DNA of 64,000 nt from an uncultured Candidatus Saccharibacteria bacterium (GCA_964360585.1 CAYHXC010000004.1:15366-79365); one strand, 5' to 3'; shown: positions 30,323-41,222, counted from the stretch's first letter. Made by a program: numbers and translations. The notes: a model not told the origin generated them from the sequence alone.

Positions 30323-31204
30323 ATGAATAAATCAAAATCGCTGACTTTTATACTTTCCTGTGTTGTTCTTTGGAGTTTTATTCCTGTTGTCTCTAGGCTT
30401 GGTCAACAAGGTCTGGATAACTACCAATTTCTTTTTTGGTCTAGTCTCCTTTCGTTTATTGTTCTCTTTCTCAGCACTTTCATCGTTGGCAAGACAGCCG
30501 ATTTTAAGAATTACTCAACAAGGAAGATCTTAATTGCTTTTGGATTAGGTTTTTTGGGCACATTTCTTTATTATCTTCTTCTCTATTTTGCCTACGCTCA
30601 CATAAGCGGTCTTGAGGTATTAGTGATCCAGTATACTTGGCCAATCTTCATTGTTCTATTTTCCAGCTTCCTTCTTAAAGAAAAACTAACTCCGAAAACT
30701 ATCCTTTCTGTTATTCTAGGCTTTCTTGGTGTGATTTTAGTGCTTACAAGAGGTAATTTGGGTCAACTTTATTTGAGTAATATTTCCATGGACCTTCTTG
30801 TGTTGTTGGCTGCTTCGGTGTTCGGCCTTTTCTCTGTGCTGAGTAAAAAAGCCGACCTTGAACCGTTTACGGGTACGACTCTTTTCTTTTTGGCAGCAAC
30901 CATATTTTCTTTTATTTCGATGCTCGTTCTTTCGAATTTTGTTATGCCAACCAAAGAATCGTTAATTCCCATTCTAGGGAATGGTATTCTCATAAACGGC
31001 TTCTCGTATGTCTTATGGCTGAAGGGTCTGAAGTATGCCGATGCTTCATTTGCGGCTCCATTTGTCTTTCTTACTCCCATACTGGCCGCTATTCTCGTTG
31101 TCATATTTTTTAACGAAGTCTTTTTGCCCGTGTATTTTGTTGGACTTTTGTTGGTAATCGGTGCTGGCTTAATTACTTTGCAGTCAAAACCACGTTCGTC
31201 ATGA
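30323..31204 (+). CDS. EamA/DMT family transporter
   Basis: ~10 TM helices, two EamA repeats. Confidence 0.88.
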   Translation: MNKSKSLTFILSCVVLWSFIPVVSRLGQQGLDNYQFLFWSSLLSFIVLFLSTFIVGKTADFKNYSTRKILIAFGLGFLGTFLYYLLLYFAYAHISGLEVLVIQYTWPIFIVLFSSFLLKEKLTPKTILSVILGFLGVILVLTRGNLGQLYLSNISMDLLVLLAASVFGLFSVLSKKADLEPFTGTTLFFLAATIFSFISMLVLSNFVMPTKESLIPILGNGILINGFSYVLWLKGLKYADASFAAPFVFLTPILAAILVVIFFNEVFLPVYFVGLLLVIGAGLITLQSKPRSS

Positions 31205-31746
31205 AACTCTACAGATTTAGTCCAATTGAAAATCGGGAGCAGTTGATAGAGGCAATTCAGCACACGCATTTTGCTTGTTATCAGTTGTGCAAGCAGGCGC
31301 TCGGATACTATTTACCGAATGCAGGGAACATCGGGATATTTTGTCATTACGATGAGGAGTACGCGCGACTTACGGAGATACGAAAGGAACTGACCGAAGC
31401 ATCGGATAATCTCGATCAGAAATACTATCGGCTACATAATCCCATTGTTGTTTCGGCCAAAGACGATGTGCCAGAAACTACCTACACCCATCTTTATATC
31501 CGTCGACCAGATCCGTATCGACATCAGGTGGGGGACGTGGATTTCTATTTAGAATCCGAGAAGTATGCCGAACTGAAACAATCTTTGTTGGACGGTAAGC
31601 AGATAAAAGGCGCGCGAGTGTTTGACCGACCCGATCTCGACATGATCGAGCTCTACGACCCAGACGTCGATGCCTTGGGGTATATTAGTACGAAGACTAT
31701 GACCGAAAAGGTGCGGGCGAAACTTTCAGACGCAACGAAGCTGTAG
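31201..31746 (+). CDS. hypothetical protein
   Basis: 181-aa ORF translationally coupled (ATGA overlap). Confidence 0.65.
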   Translation: MKLYRFSPIENREQLIEAIQHTHFACYQLCKQALGYYLPNAGNIGIFCHYDEEYARLTEIRKELTEASDNLDQKYYRLHNPIVVSAKDDVPETTYTHLYIRRPDPYRHQVGDVDFYLESEKYAELKQSLLDGKQIKGARVFDRPDLDMIELYDPDVDALGYISTKTMTEKVRAKLSDATKL

Positions 31747-31765
31747 AATTATAGCCCAATAGTAA

Positions 31766-32695
31766 ATGAGTAAATCGTTCAGATCAGAAAAAAAGAGACG
31801 GGCTACACTTACCAGAAAAGAACGGCGAGCTGTTTTATCTAGTGATTCTTCTTTCGAGTCAGTTATACGAGCGACTTACTTTGATAATTACGATCTTCCC
31901 TGTCCCGTGCGGGTCGATATAGCCACAAAGGGTAAGAAGATTAGATCAGTAGTTCTTCGCCGAAGTCGTCATGGTTCTATAAAAAAAGAAGCGCAGATAT
32001 TTAAAGCTCTCAGTGAATTTGGTCTGCCAGTGCCAGAAGTTCTCAAAGAACCGTTTAAGAACGAGAAAGGAGAGTGGGTGGCTGTATACTCGTTATTGCC
32101 TGGAGAGAATCTCCAAAAACTCAGCATGGGCTCCAAGAAAGATTTAGCTTTGGCAAAACGTCTTGTTGTAGAAGCTGTATTAAAACTAAGCAAGGCCACT
32201 CGTTTTATTAACAAGCACAAAGTATCAAGATTACTCCCTCGCCATACCTTAGTCTCTGAACTGAAGGCAGTAAGTGAACCCGATAATCCATGGATAAGTG
32301 AAGAGATATTCAAATCGACAAAGAAGTATTTGGACGGAGTTATTCCAAAGATCAAAACTCCCCTTATTCTATCTAACGGAGATTACCAGCCTGGAAACTT
32401 CCTCGAACAAAACGGCAAATTAACAGGCTTTCTTGATTTCGAATCACCGTCATTTTCGGATCCGTTAATGGGGTTTGTAAAATATCCTATTTATGATCTT
32501 TATCCTTTGGGACGGACGAATATCGTAGAAGTGTTTCTTAAAAAAGCAGGATTCTCGAAAAAGGATTTTAAAATACGCTTAGCATTAGGTTGTTTGAAAG
32601 TGCTCAAGAAAGAGATACCTATTAGCGGTGGCAATACAGAAATGAAAAAGTACCGCAATAGAGTTTTGAGGTTAATAAAGGAAATAGTTTACTGA
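31766..32695 (+). CDS. aminoglycoside phosphotransferase-like kinase
   Basis: GLPVPEV, NGDYQPGNFL, FLDFE. Confidence 0.8.
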   Translation: MSKSFRSEKKRRATLTRKERRAVLSSDSSFESVIRATYFDNYDLPCPVRVDIATKGKKIRSVVLRRSRHGSIKKEAQIFKALSEFGLPVPEVLKEPFKNEKGEWVAVYSLLPGENLQKLSMGSKKDLALAKRLVVEAVLKLSKATRFINKHKVSRLLPRHTLVSELKAVSEPDNPWISEEIFKSTKKYLDGVIPKIKTPLILSNGDYQPGNFLEQNGKLTGFLDFESPSFSDPLMGFVKYPIYDLYPLGRTNIVEVFLKKAGFSKKDFKIRLALGCLKVLKKEIPISGGNTEMKKYRNRVLRLIKEIVY

Positions 32696-32697
32696 TT

Positions 32698-33280
32698 ATG
32701 ACCAAGTTTATTTTTTGTTGGTGGATATCCGCAAAGAGCTTCTGATGGTGGCAAGGGTTTAGCTGAAGAGCTGACTAAGGGATTTGAAGAGCCGATTAAA
32801 TTACTTATTTGTTACTTTGCCAGGCCTCGTCTTGGGTGGGAGGAGGATATGCGTGCTGATGAGCTCGTTATTTCGCAACACCTTCAAGGGAAAAAGGTAG
32901 AGTATCAGATAGCTCATCCAGAATCTTTTATTGATCAACTAAAATGGATGAACGCCATGTATATTCGGGGCGGAGAAACGAAAAAACTGATTGAGTTATT
33001 ATCTCAGTCTCCAGGGTGGGAGAAGGAGCTCGAAGGGAAAACAGTGGCCGGAGGTTCGGCTGGCGCCATTGCTTTAGGGAAGTATAGCTATGATTTAGAT
33101 AATCTCGGCCTGGAAGAGGGGCTGGGTCTGGTGCCTGTCAAAGTACTGGTACATTATCGCTCTAATTACAACGCGCCGAATATTGATTGGGACAAAGCGG
33201 AGGTAGAACTGAAAAACTATAAAGAAGATTTGCCCCTCCTCAAATTAGCGGAAGGGGAATTTAGAGTAATTGAACAATAA
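32698..33280 (+). CDS. peptidase S51/class I glutamine amidotransferase-like protein with apparent 1-nt frameshift
   Basis: YIRGGET, GGSAGA; removing one T of T6 at 32711-16 links ATG 32698 to the main frame. Confidence 0.7.
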
Positions 33281-33346
33281 AAAAGAGCCAACGCAGGGGT
33301 TGGCTCGGGTGGCGGTGGCTGTCGCGTTGTTATTCTCCAAGATCCT

Positions 33347-33592
33347 TCAGAGAAGGTCAGAGAGGAGGTCGCGCAACATTTGTTTGTACGCGTATGGTGA
33401 GTGCCTCAACCGTTTATCGGGTTTGTCGACGAAGAGGTCGTTGTTGAGCAGCTTTTCGTGAAGCTCGTTGATGAGGGAGGCAACCTCAGCAACCTCTGGA
33501 CGCTCACGCATGACGTTGCGAGCTTCTCCGGTTACATGGGTTGACTCGGCTTCCTTGCTTTCCCAGCCCTCGACCGGTGGTTTTTCATTCAT
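33347..33592 (-). CDS. small hypothetical protein
   Basis: 81-aa ORF with upstream TATAGG and downstream hairpin. Confidence 0.45.
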   Translation of the reverse strand: MNEKPPVEGWESKEAESTHVTGEARNVMRERPEVAEVASLINELHEKLLNNDLFVDKPDKRLRHSPYAYKQMLRDLLSDLL

Positions 33593-33759
33593 ACCTTCAT
33601 TTTCAGGGCCGGCGGAAAAATTGTCAAATAGAATGAGGGGTCCTATATTGGGGTATACTGTAGAGGGATTTAGGGGTACGGAAGCGGATATACATGAGAT
33701 TGCCACGCTCCTGCTGGAGCTCGCAATGACATTTCCTATCTACTAATTACTAACGACTC

Positions 33760-36267
33760 ATGAAAACTCTTCTTCTTATTGATTCACACTCGCTCATTCA
33801 TCGGGCGTATCATGCCTTGCCGCCACTCACGTCGCCGGATGGGAAGCCGGCTCAGGCGCTCTATGGCTTGGGGAGTATTCTTCTGAAGATTACGGGCGAG
33901 GATAAGCCGGACTATATTGCGGCGCTTTTTGATCGGCCGGAGCCGACGTTTCGGGAGAAGAAGTATGAAGCCTATAAAGCCCAGCGACCAAAAGCAGCGG
34001 ACGAACTAGTTAGCCAGTTGATCGAAGCCCGAAATCTTTTTTCTGCTTTCGGCATTCCAGTTTTTGAACTGCCTGGATATGAAGCCGATGATCTGATTGC
34101 TACCTTCGCCCTCCACTACTCGAAAGAAAAAGATGTGTGTGCGGTTATTTTAACGGGCGATATGGATACGATGCAGTTGGTCACGGATAAAAAAATTATG
34201 GTTAGGGTTTTGAAAAAAGGAGTTTCAGAGACGATGCTCTATGACGAAGCGGCGGTCAAAGAACGGTATGGGTTACCGCCAGAAAAACTGATCGACTATA
34301 AAGCTCTTGTGGGGGATAGCTCCGACAATATTAAAGGAGTGGTTGGTGTGGGACCGAAGACGGCAGCTGACCTTATTCAGCGATACGGAAGTTTGGACAA
34401 GATTTTAAAGAGTAAGGATAAGGATAAGAAAGTCCTCCATATCCAAGAGAATAAAAAAGATGCACTTTTGTCGCGAGAGTTGGTGGAGTTGCTGGGAGGG
34501 GCACCCATCAAGATGCCGCCGCTCCAGAAATTACACTGCGAGTCTGATCCAGAAATGATTAAGGCTTATTTCGAGAAGTTTGGATTTGGGAGTTTATTGC
34601 GGCGGATGGGGTTCCAGGAAGCCGCTGTCCAAAAGAAAAAAGAAAAGGAGCCGGTCAAAGCAACCTATCAAAATCTTTTCTCGAATATTGCTCAGCCTCA
34701 AAGTGCGCATACTATTCATGACGAAGTGGTTGTTTTCCGAGGAGGGGTTTTGCCGAAATCTTCCGAGTTGTCTTCCAAGAAAACCAAACTGGGATTTAAT
34801 CTGAAACCGGCCGTGCGGGAAGTGCGGAAGATGGGCGGAATTTTGCGGCCACCGTTTTTTGATCTTGGCGTTGGATTCTGGCTGACTGATTCTGTTCGAA
34901 AAGAATACGATCCGGAAGCTTTCTTCCAGGAGTTTTTTAAGCGGTTGTTTAAAGACTCAGATGAGGATATTTTGGCGGCGCAGAAGTTTTTGAAAAAGAA
35001 ACTGACCGACGATGGATTGATGTATGTGTTCTCGGAAATCGAGATGCCGGTTTTGGATATACTGGCCGATATGGAGCAGTGGGGGATCACGACGAATAAA
35101 GCGGTTTTGAAGAAGGTGGAGAAGAAGATGACTGACGCGATCGCCATTTTGGAGAAGAGTATATATAAGAAGGCTGGTCGTGAGTTCAATATAAATTCTT
35201 CGGGCCAGCTCGGGGAAATTTTGTTTGATAAGCTCGGTTTGGTTTTGCCGCGGAATATAAAGACACCGGGCGGGGCGCGATCGACGCGAGCGGAGGTTTT
35301 GGAGATTTTGAAGGACACGCATCCGATCGTGCCGATGATTTTGGAGTATCGCGAGTTGTTTAAGTTGAACAGCACCTACGTTTCCACACTGCCTGACTAT
35401 ATTGAAAAGGATGGTCGGATGCGGACGGAATATTTGCAGATGGGTACGGCTACGGGGCGGATCGGCTCGGCTTCACCGAACTTGCAGAACATCCCGCGCG
35501 AGTCGTCCTGGTCGCCGGAGATTCGGAAGGCGTTTGAGGCGACCAAGGGATATTCGTTGGTCGCTTTTGACTACTCGCAGATTGAGTTGCGGTTGCTCGC
35601 GGCGGTATCTGGCGATGGCGCTCTGATCCAGGCGTTTCAGCGCGGCGATGATATTCATAGATTGACTGCTTCAAAAGTTTTGAAGATAAAACCGGAGCAG
35701 GTGAAGCCCGAGATGCGTCGCATGGCCAAAGTACTGAATTTTGGTTTGATCTACGGCATGGGCGCGCGGGCGTTTAGTAAGACGAGTGGTTTTTCTCAGG
35801 CAGACTCGGCGGCGTTTATCAAAACCTATTATGAAGAGTTTCCTCGGGTGAAGGAGTTCCAGGAAAAGGTGAAGGCTGAAGCACGGAAGTTTGGCTATGT
35901 GAAGACGCTAACAGGCCGGCGACGGTACTTCCCTGAGATTGTCTCGGGCGCGCCGCAGTTTGTGGCGGCGGCCGAACGCGAAGCGATGAATCATCCGCTT
36001 CAGGGCTTGGATGCGGATATTAATAAGCTCGCGATGATCAAAGTGGCGGAGTGGCTGAAGGATAAGGGCTACTGGGGGAAGGAGGTGAAGTTACTTTTAA
36101 CGATTCATGATGAATTGCTGTTCGAGATTCGCGATGATAAGATTGAGGAGACAGCCCCCAAAATCCGCGATCTCATGGAAGGTGCGTATCAACTTTCCGT
36201 GCCGCTAACGGTACAGATTTCGGTTGGCAAAAACTGGGGATCTCTTGTGTCTCGAAATAAAAAATGA
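33760..36267 (+). CDS. polA: DNA polymerase I
   Basis: 5'-3' exonuclease (EADDLIAT, GDSSDNIKGV) and polymerase motifs DYSQIELR, NFGLIYG, IHDELL. Confidence 0.97.
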   Translation: MKTLLLIDSHSLIHRAYHALPPLTSPDGKPAQALYGLGSILLKITGEDKPDYIAALFDRPEPTFREKKYEAYKAQRPKAADELVSQLIEARNLFSAFGIPVFELPGYEADDLIATFALHYSKEKDVCAVILTGDMDTMQLVTDKKIMVRVLKKGVSETMLYDEAAVKERYGLPPEKLIDYKALVGDSSDNIKGVVGVGPKTAADLIQRYGSLDKILKSKDKDKKVLHIQENKKDALLSRELVELLGGAPIKMPPLQKLHCESDPEMIKAYFEKFGFGSLLRRMGFQEAAVQKKKEKEPVKATYQNLFSNIAQPQSAHTIHDEVVVFRGGVLPKSSELSSKKTKLGFNLKPAVREVRKMGGILRPPFFDLGVGFWLTDSVRKEYDPEAFFQEFFKRLFKDSDEDILAAQKFLKKKLTDDGLMYVFSEIEMPVLDILADMEQWGITTNKAVLKKVEKKMTDAIAILEKSIYKKAGREFNINSSGQLGEILFDKLGLVLPRNIKTPGGARSTRAEVLEILKDTHPIVPMILEYRELFKLNSTYVSTLPDYIEKDGRMRTEYLQMGTATGRIGSASPNLQNIPRESSWSPEIRKAFEATKGYSLVAFDYSQIELRLLAAVSGDGALIQAFQRGDDIHRLTASKVLKIKPEQVKPEMRRMAKVLNFGLIYGMGARAFSKTSGFSQADSAAFIKTYYEEFPRVKEFQEKVKAEARKFGYVKTLTGRRRYFPEIVSGAPQFVAAAEREAMNHPLQGLDADINKLAMIKVAEWLKDKGYWGKEVKLLLTIHDELLFEIRDDKIEETAPKIRDLMEGAYQLSVPLTVQISVGKNWGSLVSRNKK

Positions 36268-36269
36268 CC

Positions 36270-36352
36270 ATCTACTGCGTTACAACCATACGCTTCGCCC
36301 TCACTGTACCATCTAAGTACAGTTCGGTTGCGATGCTTGGTTAAGCCTTGTA
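36270..36352. repeat. structured intergenic repeat; second copy 53753-53833
   Basis: shared ATCTACTGCGTTAC...GTACCATC.AAGTAC...AAGCCTTGTA. Confidence 0.65.
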
Positions 36353-36394
36353 TCTGGCCCTTTTTTATTTCAATCCACTCACTTACCGCTCTTT

Positions 36395-37744
36395 ATGAAT
36401 CAACTTTTTTCTCGATTTTTGAGCGCTTTTCGTTCCGAGACGATAAACCGTCCGGAAGGACGACTGGTTATTTTTACGCTCATTCTCTTTTTTGCTTTCC
36501 TCGTCTTTTCTTTTTTTTACCTGCCGCTTTCCTTGATTCTTTCGGCGATCGTTCTTTTTCTCTTATCGCTTTTCACACTCTTTCTTCTCCTCGCACAGTT
36601 CACAGTGGTAAAACAGGATACACAGGTTGAGCGGAGCGAGCTCAAGGAAATTTTAGTGAATCTTGAGGATGCACTCGTTGTTTACGATAAAGATTTTCGA
36701 GTTATCTTTTTTAATCCGGCGGCAGAAAAATTATTCCACATCCGGAAAGACGAAGTGGTAGGGAAAATTTTAACGCCGCAAAGCGTGAGTAATGAGTCTT
36801 TGAAATTGCTAACCCAAGTCATTTTTACTTCGCTTGCTCCAGTCATGATCAGTCGCTCGGAGGCGGGTATGTATCCGCAAGTGACGGATCTTTCTTGGGA
36901 GAATCCATTTCTCAATTTTCGGACATCAACCATGCCGCTTCGCGATGAGCTTGGCGAGGTGATCGGGTTTATGAAAATTGTCCGCGATCGGACACATGAG
37001 ATATCTCTTATCAAATCAAAAAACGAATTTATCGCCGTGGCTTCCCATCAACTTCGCACGCCGGTTACGAATCTCAAATGGTCACTCGAGTCATTAGCGA
37101 ATGAAGGGGGATTGTCCGAGGCGGCTCAAGGATATTTAACCAGTGCTATGGAAGGACAAAAACTGCTTTTGGCCGTTATTGAAGATCTTTTGTCGACAAG
37201 CAAGATTGAAGAAGGGCGTTTTGGCTATGAAATAAAAGAAGCAGATCTCGTTGACTTTATTGGCGAAATTTTGCCCTATGCAAAAACAGAAGCGGAAAAA
37301 ATTGGCGTGAAACTGTACTTTGATCGGCCGACCAATCCGTTACCAAAAGTCTTTATGGACACGCAAAAAATTACGATGGTTCTAGAAAATCTTTTGGATA
37401 ATGCTTTGCGGTACAACGTCAAAGACGGCGAGGTGACAGTACGGCTTGTGCCCGTCGAAGGTCAGCCCTTTATTGACGTGCAGGTAAAAGATACCGGCGT
37501 GGGTATTCCGAAGTCAGCGACCGAGAAGTTGTTCACCAAGTTCTTCCGCGCCGAGAACGTTATGAAGTCACAAACGACTGGAACCGGTTTGGGTTTGTAT
37601 ATCGCCCGAAATATTATTCAGGCGCACGGCGGCAGAGTCTGGGCCGAGTCGGAGGAGAATCGAGGAACGACTATGCATTTCACACTCTCAACCGATCGGG
37701 CGTTAGTGCCGACGCATGAGTTGCCGTTGGACCTCATTGCGTAA
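36395..37744 (+). CDS. PAS domain sensor histidine kinase
   Basis: 2 TM, FNPAAEKL PAS, ASHQLRTP H-box, NLLDNALRY, DTGVGIP, GTGLGL. Confidence 0.93.
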   Translation: MNQLFSRFLSAFRSETINRPEGRLVIFTLILFFAFLVFSFFYLPLSLILSAIVLFLLSLFTLFLLLAQFTVVKQDTQVERSELKEILVNLEDALVVYDKDFRVIFFNPAAEKLFHIRKDEVVGKILTPQSVSNESLKLLTQVIFTSLAPVMISRSEAGMYPQVTDLSWENPFLNFRTSTMPLRDELGEVIGFMKIVRDRTHEISLIKSKNEFIAVASHQLRTPVTNLKWSLESLANEGGLSEAAQGYLTSAMEGQKLLLAVIEDLLSTSKIEEGRFGYEIKEADLVDFIGEILPYAKTEAEKIGVKLYFDRPTNPLPKVFMDTQKITMVLENLLDNALRYNVKDGEVTVRLVPVEGQPFIDVQVKDTGVGIPKSATEKLFTKFFRAENVMKSQTTGTGLGLYIARNIIQAHGGRVWAESEENRGTTMHFTLSTDRALVPTHELPLDLIA

Positions 37745-37973
37745 CTAACAACTAAAAACTTAATACTTATAACGACTTGGTGTCATTGCGCCTGCCCATC
37801 CGTAGCCTTCTTGTCCGTCGAAGCTTTAGCGAAGTCGGAGGCGAAGGAGGGAGGAACGTAGTGACAAAGCTGAGCTTAGCTCTGCGTGGCAATCTTAAGA
37901 TACAGACTCTCTTAAGACTAGTCACAGAGGAGAAGCGTTGACGGCACGCAGTACTCACGAGATACTAGTAATT

Positions 37974-38249
37974 ATGAATGTATCACATAAGCATCCAGAA
38001 GCGAGGGAGTCTGAGATTTTCGTTCGGAATATGAGCGAGGCGCACTATCTTCTTTTTAGTGATTGGTCTTCACGACGACGCGGACGGGTCGCATATGATG
38101 GTGATGGCAACGCTCTCAACTTTTCCGACTGGCTTCCGGTTTTTATTGAGGTATGGGAACTTGAGGAGCGGCACATTTCCATTTCTGAACTTAGACGAAA
38201 TCTTCTTACTAAAGAACAGGAGGCTTATGGAGTAACTAAGTCGGATTGA
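37974..38249 (+). CDS. hypothetical protein
   Basis: upstream TTGACG-17-GATACT; 91-aa ORF. Confidence 0.5.
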   Translation: MNVSHKHPEARESEIFVRNMSEAHYLLFSDWSSRRRGRVAYDGDGNALNFSDWLPVFIEVWELEERHISISELRRNLLTKEQEAYGVTKSD

Positions 38250-38367
38250 TCTATGTAGTATTTAGGAGCTCGCGGAAAAGATTGTATCGCTTCGTCTTGG
38301 AGAGACTTCGCTTGTTTAAACGTTCGAACGACTAGAACAATTACAACATTTAGAACATAATGGTTCC

Positions 38368-39264
38368 ATGCCGGAACTGCCAGAAGTAGAAACGATCAAG
38401 CGTGATTTAGAGAAGAAGATTATAGGGCACACCATTCGCGAAGCGGCAATTTCAGTGCCGAAGATGGTGAGTCCGAAAGATTTACCGAAGCGATTAAAAG
38501 GTTTCCGTGTTCTTGGTGTTTCTCGCCGGGCAAAATTGCTCATTCTCGAAGGAAAATCTGATTTTCTATTATTCCATTTGAAGATGACGGGGCAGATTGT
38601 CTTACGACCCGCCCAAGATTTTTCTATTAAGGATGGCGAGGCTCGCCAAAGGCGGCAGCAAAAACAGATTATTTTCGGCGGCCATCCGATTATTGGACTC
38701 AAGGAATTGCCGAATAAATATACACGGGCGATTTTTTGTTTTACGAATGGGGATATTTTATATTTCAACGATCTACGGAAATTTGGATACATAAAACTTG
38801 TTTCTAAAACCGAGGGAGAAAAGATTTTTGGAAAGTATGGAGTTGAGCCACTCGAGAAAAGTTTTACGCTCGAACATTTTATCGAGCTTATTAAAAAGGC
38901 AAAAACTGCTCGATTGAAACCGTTTCTTTTGAATCAAGAAAAAATTAGTGGTCTCGGGAATATCTACGTCGACGAAGCCTGTTTCTTGGCTGGAGTTCGT
39001 CCGATGCGGAAAGCGAACACCCTCACGCGCAGAGAACAGGAAAAACTGTGGCGAGCAATTAAAACCATTCTAGCCCTCTCCATAAAACATCGTGGAACCT
39101 CATTTAATACCTATATTGATGCCGATGGTTTAACTGGACGATTCTGGAAATATCGCAAAATCTACGGCCGTCGAGGCGAGTTGTGCTTGGTTTGCAAAAC
39201 CCCTATTGTATACACAAAGCTAGTCGGGAGAGGAACGCATTATTGTCCAAAGTGTCAGAAGTAA
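38368..39264 (+). CDS. mutM: formamidopyrimidine-DNA glycosylase
   Basis: MPELPEVET, HLKMTG, GLGNIYVDE, C-terminal zinc finger. Confidence 0.96.
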   Translation: MPELPEVETIKRDLEKKIIGHTIREAAISVPKMVSPKDLPKRLKGFRVLGVSRRAKLLILEGKSDFLLFHLKMTGQIVLRPAQDFSIKDGEARQRRQQKQIIFGGHPIIGLKELPNKYTRAIFCFTNGDILYFNDLRKFGYIKLVSKTEGEKIFGKYGVEPLEKSFTLEHFIELIKKAKTARLKPFLLNQEKISGLGNIYVDEACFLAGVRPMRKANTLTRREQEKLWRAIKTILALSIKHRGTSFNTYIDADGLTGRFWKYRKIYGRRGELCLVCKTPIVYTKLVGRGTHYCPKCQK

Positions 39265-39471
39265 ACTGATAACTAAAGACTGATAACTTATAACCCATGA
39301 CGATAAATCCGAAATTCGAATATCGAAACTCGAAACAAACACGGAAATGTTCAAATCCTACAAGTTTAAAATTTTGTGTTTTGGGGCTTCGGTCATTGTT
39401 TCGGATTTCGAGCTTAGGATTTCGTGTTTTACGACCAGTCACTATCCACTAACCCCTAATCACCATTCGCT

Positions 39472-40248
39472 ATGATCCTCTTTCTCAATGGTCCTGATGA
39501 TTATCGTCGCGAAGAGCGCAAGCGATTTTTGATCGACCAGTTTCTTAAAAAATATCCAGGGAGTAGTATCGAGCGATTTTCAGCCGATTCCAAAGAGGGA
39601 AGGGAGAAATTCCATGAGTTTACAATTTCACCTTCGCTTTTTGGAGATAAGCGTTTAGCCTTATTAGATGATCTTTTTGAAACTGATGATGCGGCACTAA
39701 TGAAAGATTTAAAGAACGTTTTAGAGAATCCGCTCATTTGGGTTTTTATTTCGGAACGAGAAAAGATTCCGGCGGCCTATAAATTTCTCCTCAAAAAACC
39801 AGTGACTGCGGAAGAGTATCCGTTTCTTGAAGAGGGGAAGTGGCGTGAGTTTATATCGACGGAATCGAAAAAACGTGGACTTACTCTAAATTCCGAGGCT
39901 ATGAATATTTTCCTTTCCTACTATAAAGATGACACCTGGCGACTCATTACTGAACTGGATCGGTTGTCTTCAAAAAAAGGAGCTATTCAAAAACAGGATG
40001 CTCAGCTGGAGAAGGGAAAAGGTTTCAATCTTTGGGGGATGCTGAATCAATTGAAGGGATCTTCTCGCCCACAGCGTCTGGCGGCTTTGGAAAGGATTCT
40101 CGGGAATGGTGAGCCGGCGGCGAAGATTTTCAATATTCTTGCGACCCAGGCAGGGAGTAGGGTGCAGGAGTTCGCTGATTGGGATGTGCAGATAAAATCG
40201 GGAAAGTTGGAGTACGAAGAAGTATTGTTGGAGTTTGTTTTAAAATAA
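39472..40248 (+). CDS. holA: DNA polymerase III delta subunit (short form)
   Basis: ILFLNGPDDY, SPSLFGDKRL, ELDRL; adjacent to rpsT. Confidence 0.75.
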   Translation: MILFLNGPDDYRREERKRFLIDQFLKKYPGSSIERFSADSKEGREKFHEFTISPSLFGDKRLALLDDLFETDDAALMKDLKNVLENPLIWVFISEREKIPAAYKFLLKKPVTAEEYPFLEEGKWREFISTESKKRGLTLNSEAMNIFLSYYKDDTWRLITELDRLSSKKGAIQKQDAQLEKGKGFNLWGMLNQLKGSSRPQRLAALERILGNGEPAAKIFNILATQAGSRVQEFADWDVQIKSGKLEYEEVLLEFVLK

Positions 40249-40266
40249 GGATGAGCTATTTGTTTT

Positions 40267-40361
40267 GTCATTGCGAGCGAAGTCGAGTTTAACTCGAAGA
40301 AGCGCGGCAATCTAAGAATATATTCAAGAGATTGCCACGTCACTCCGCTCCTCGCAATGAC
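40267..40361. repeat. REP-like GTCATTGCGAG...GCAATC / GAGATTGC...CTCGCAATGAC palindrome; relatives at 33696-33730, 47303-47400, 58683-58731, 60680-60770
   Basis: recurrent inverted terminal motifs in intergenic regions. Confidence 0.8.
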
Positions 40362-40422
40362 AATAATACGTAGCGATCAAAAAACGGCCATAGGCCGTTC
40401 TGTGTTTTCTATTCCCTAACCA

Positions 40423-40683
40423 CTAAACCCTAGCCACTGCCCGAGACAGTCTGGATTTCAGGCGACTGGCAGTATTTTTGGTAATCGTATTCCGCTTGGC
40501 GGCTTTGTCGAGAATCTGGAAAACTCCCGGCAGTTTTTCTTTGGCTTTGGTAAAGTCTTTGGCGGTGACGAGCTTACGATATTCCTTAACCGCCTTCTTA
40601 TAGGCTTCTTTGGTTTTAACGTTGCGCGCCTTGTTTGTCTTATTTTGACGGAGGGCTTTTTTAGCCGATGATGTTCTTGGCAT
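40423..40683 (-). CDS. rpsT: 30S ribosomal protein S20
   Basis: SAKKALRQ...LDKAAK...KNTASRLKSRL. Confidence 0.95.
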   Translation of the reverse strand: MPRTSSAKKALRQNKTNKARNVKTKEAYKKAVKEYRKLVTAKDFTKAKEKLPGVFQILDKAAKRNTITKNTASRLKSRLSRAVARV

Positions 40684-40838
40684 TGAGGGTAGGGGTTAGT
40701 GATTAGTGGATAGGGTATAGGGAAATGCGATTCCTAATGGGAAATAGTGTATGGGAAATCAAGGAAAGAGTCAATCCTTCGGTGAAGCTCAGGACAGGCT
40801 GGATTATAGAAATAAAAAAGCCACACCGTGAAGTGTGA

Positions 40839-41222
40839 CTAAGGGGATGCTTTGCGGCAGACGAGGGCGAAAATATCTTCGCCGGCGGTTAAGGAGCTCT
40901 CTTTAAGGATGACGACTCCTTTACTTTTTTCAACGAGTTTTTTTCTGGCCAGGGCGACTGCGTGGATACGGGGTTTGTATTTGGCGACAAGTTCTTCGGC
41001 CTCAGTCAGTAGGAGGAGTGATAGAAAAAGAACAGTCATAAGTCCCGCTTCTTTTTCCGCTTCAGCCACGGCCTCTTCGGTAGTCGCAACCACTCTCACT
41101 TCCGAAAAACACGTTTGTCCTAAAGGGAGGGAGTCGAAGAGACTTTTGATGTCACTGGCCATCACCTCGCCTAAACCAAGCGATTTTCGATCTGTAATTA
41201 TAATGAGTGGCTCTTGAGTCAT
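40839..41222 (-). CDS. hypothetical protein, possible degenerate receiver-like fold
   Basis: AAGGAGG RBS; alternating beta/alpha pattern; similar to 41408-41782. Confidence 0.6.
   Translation of the reverse strand: MTQEPLIIITDRKSLGLGEVMASDIKSLFDSLPLGQTCFSEVRVVATTEEAVAEAEKEAGLMTVLFLSLLLLTEAEELVAKYKPRIHAVALARKKLVEKSKGVVILKESSLTAGEDIFALVCRKASP

Noticed and set aside
32698-32849. Programmed frameshift in the peptidase S51-like gene
   Set aside because: One extra T in a T6 run near the start is more simply a sequencing indel or recent mutation.
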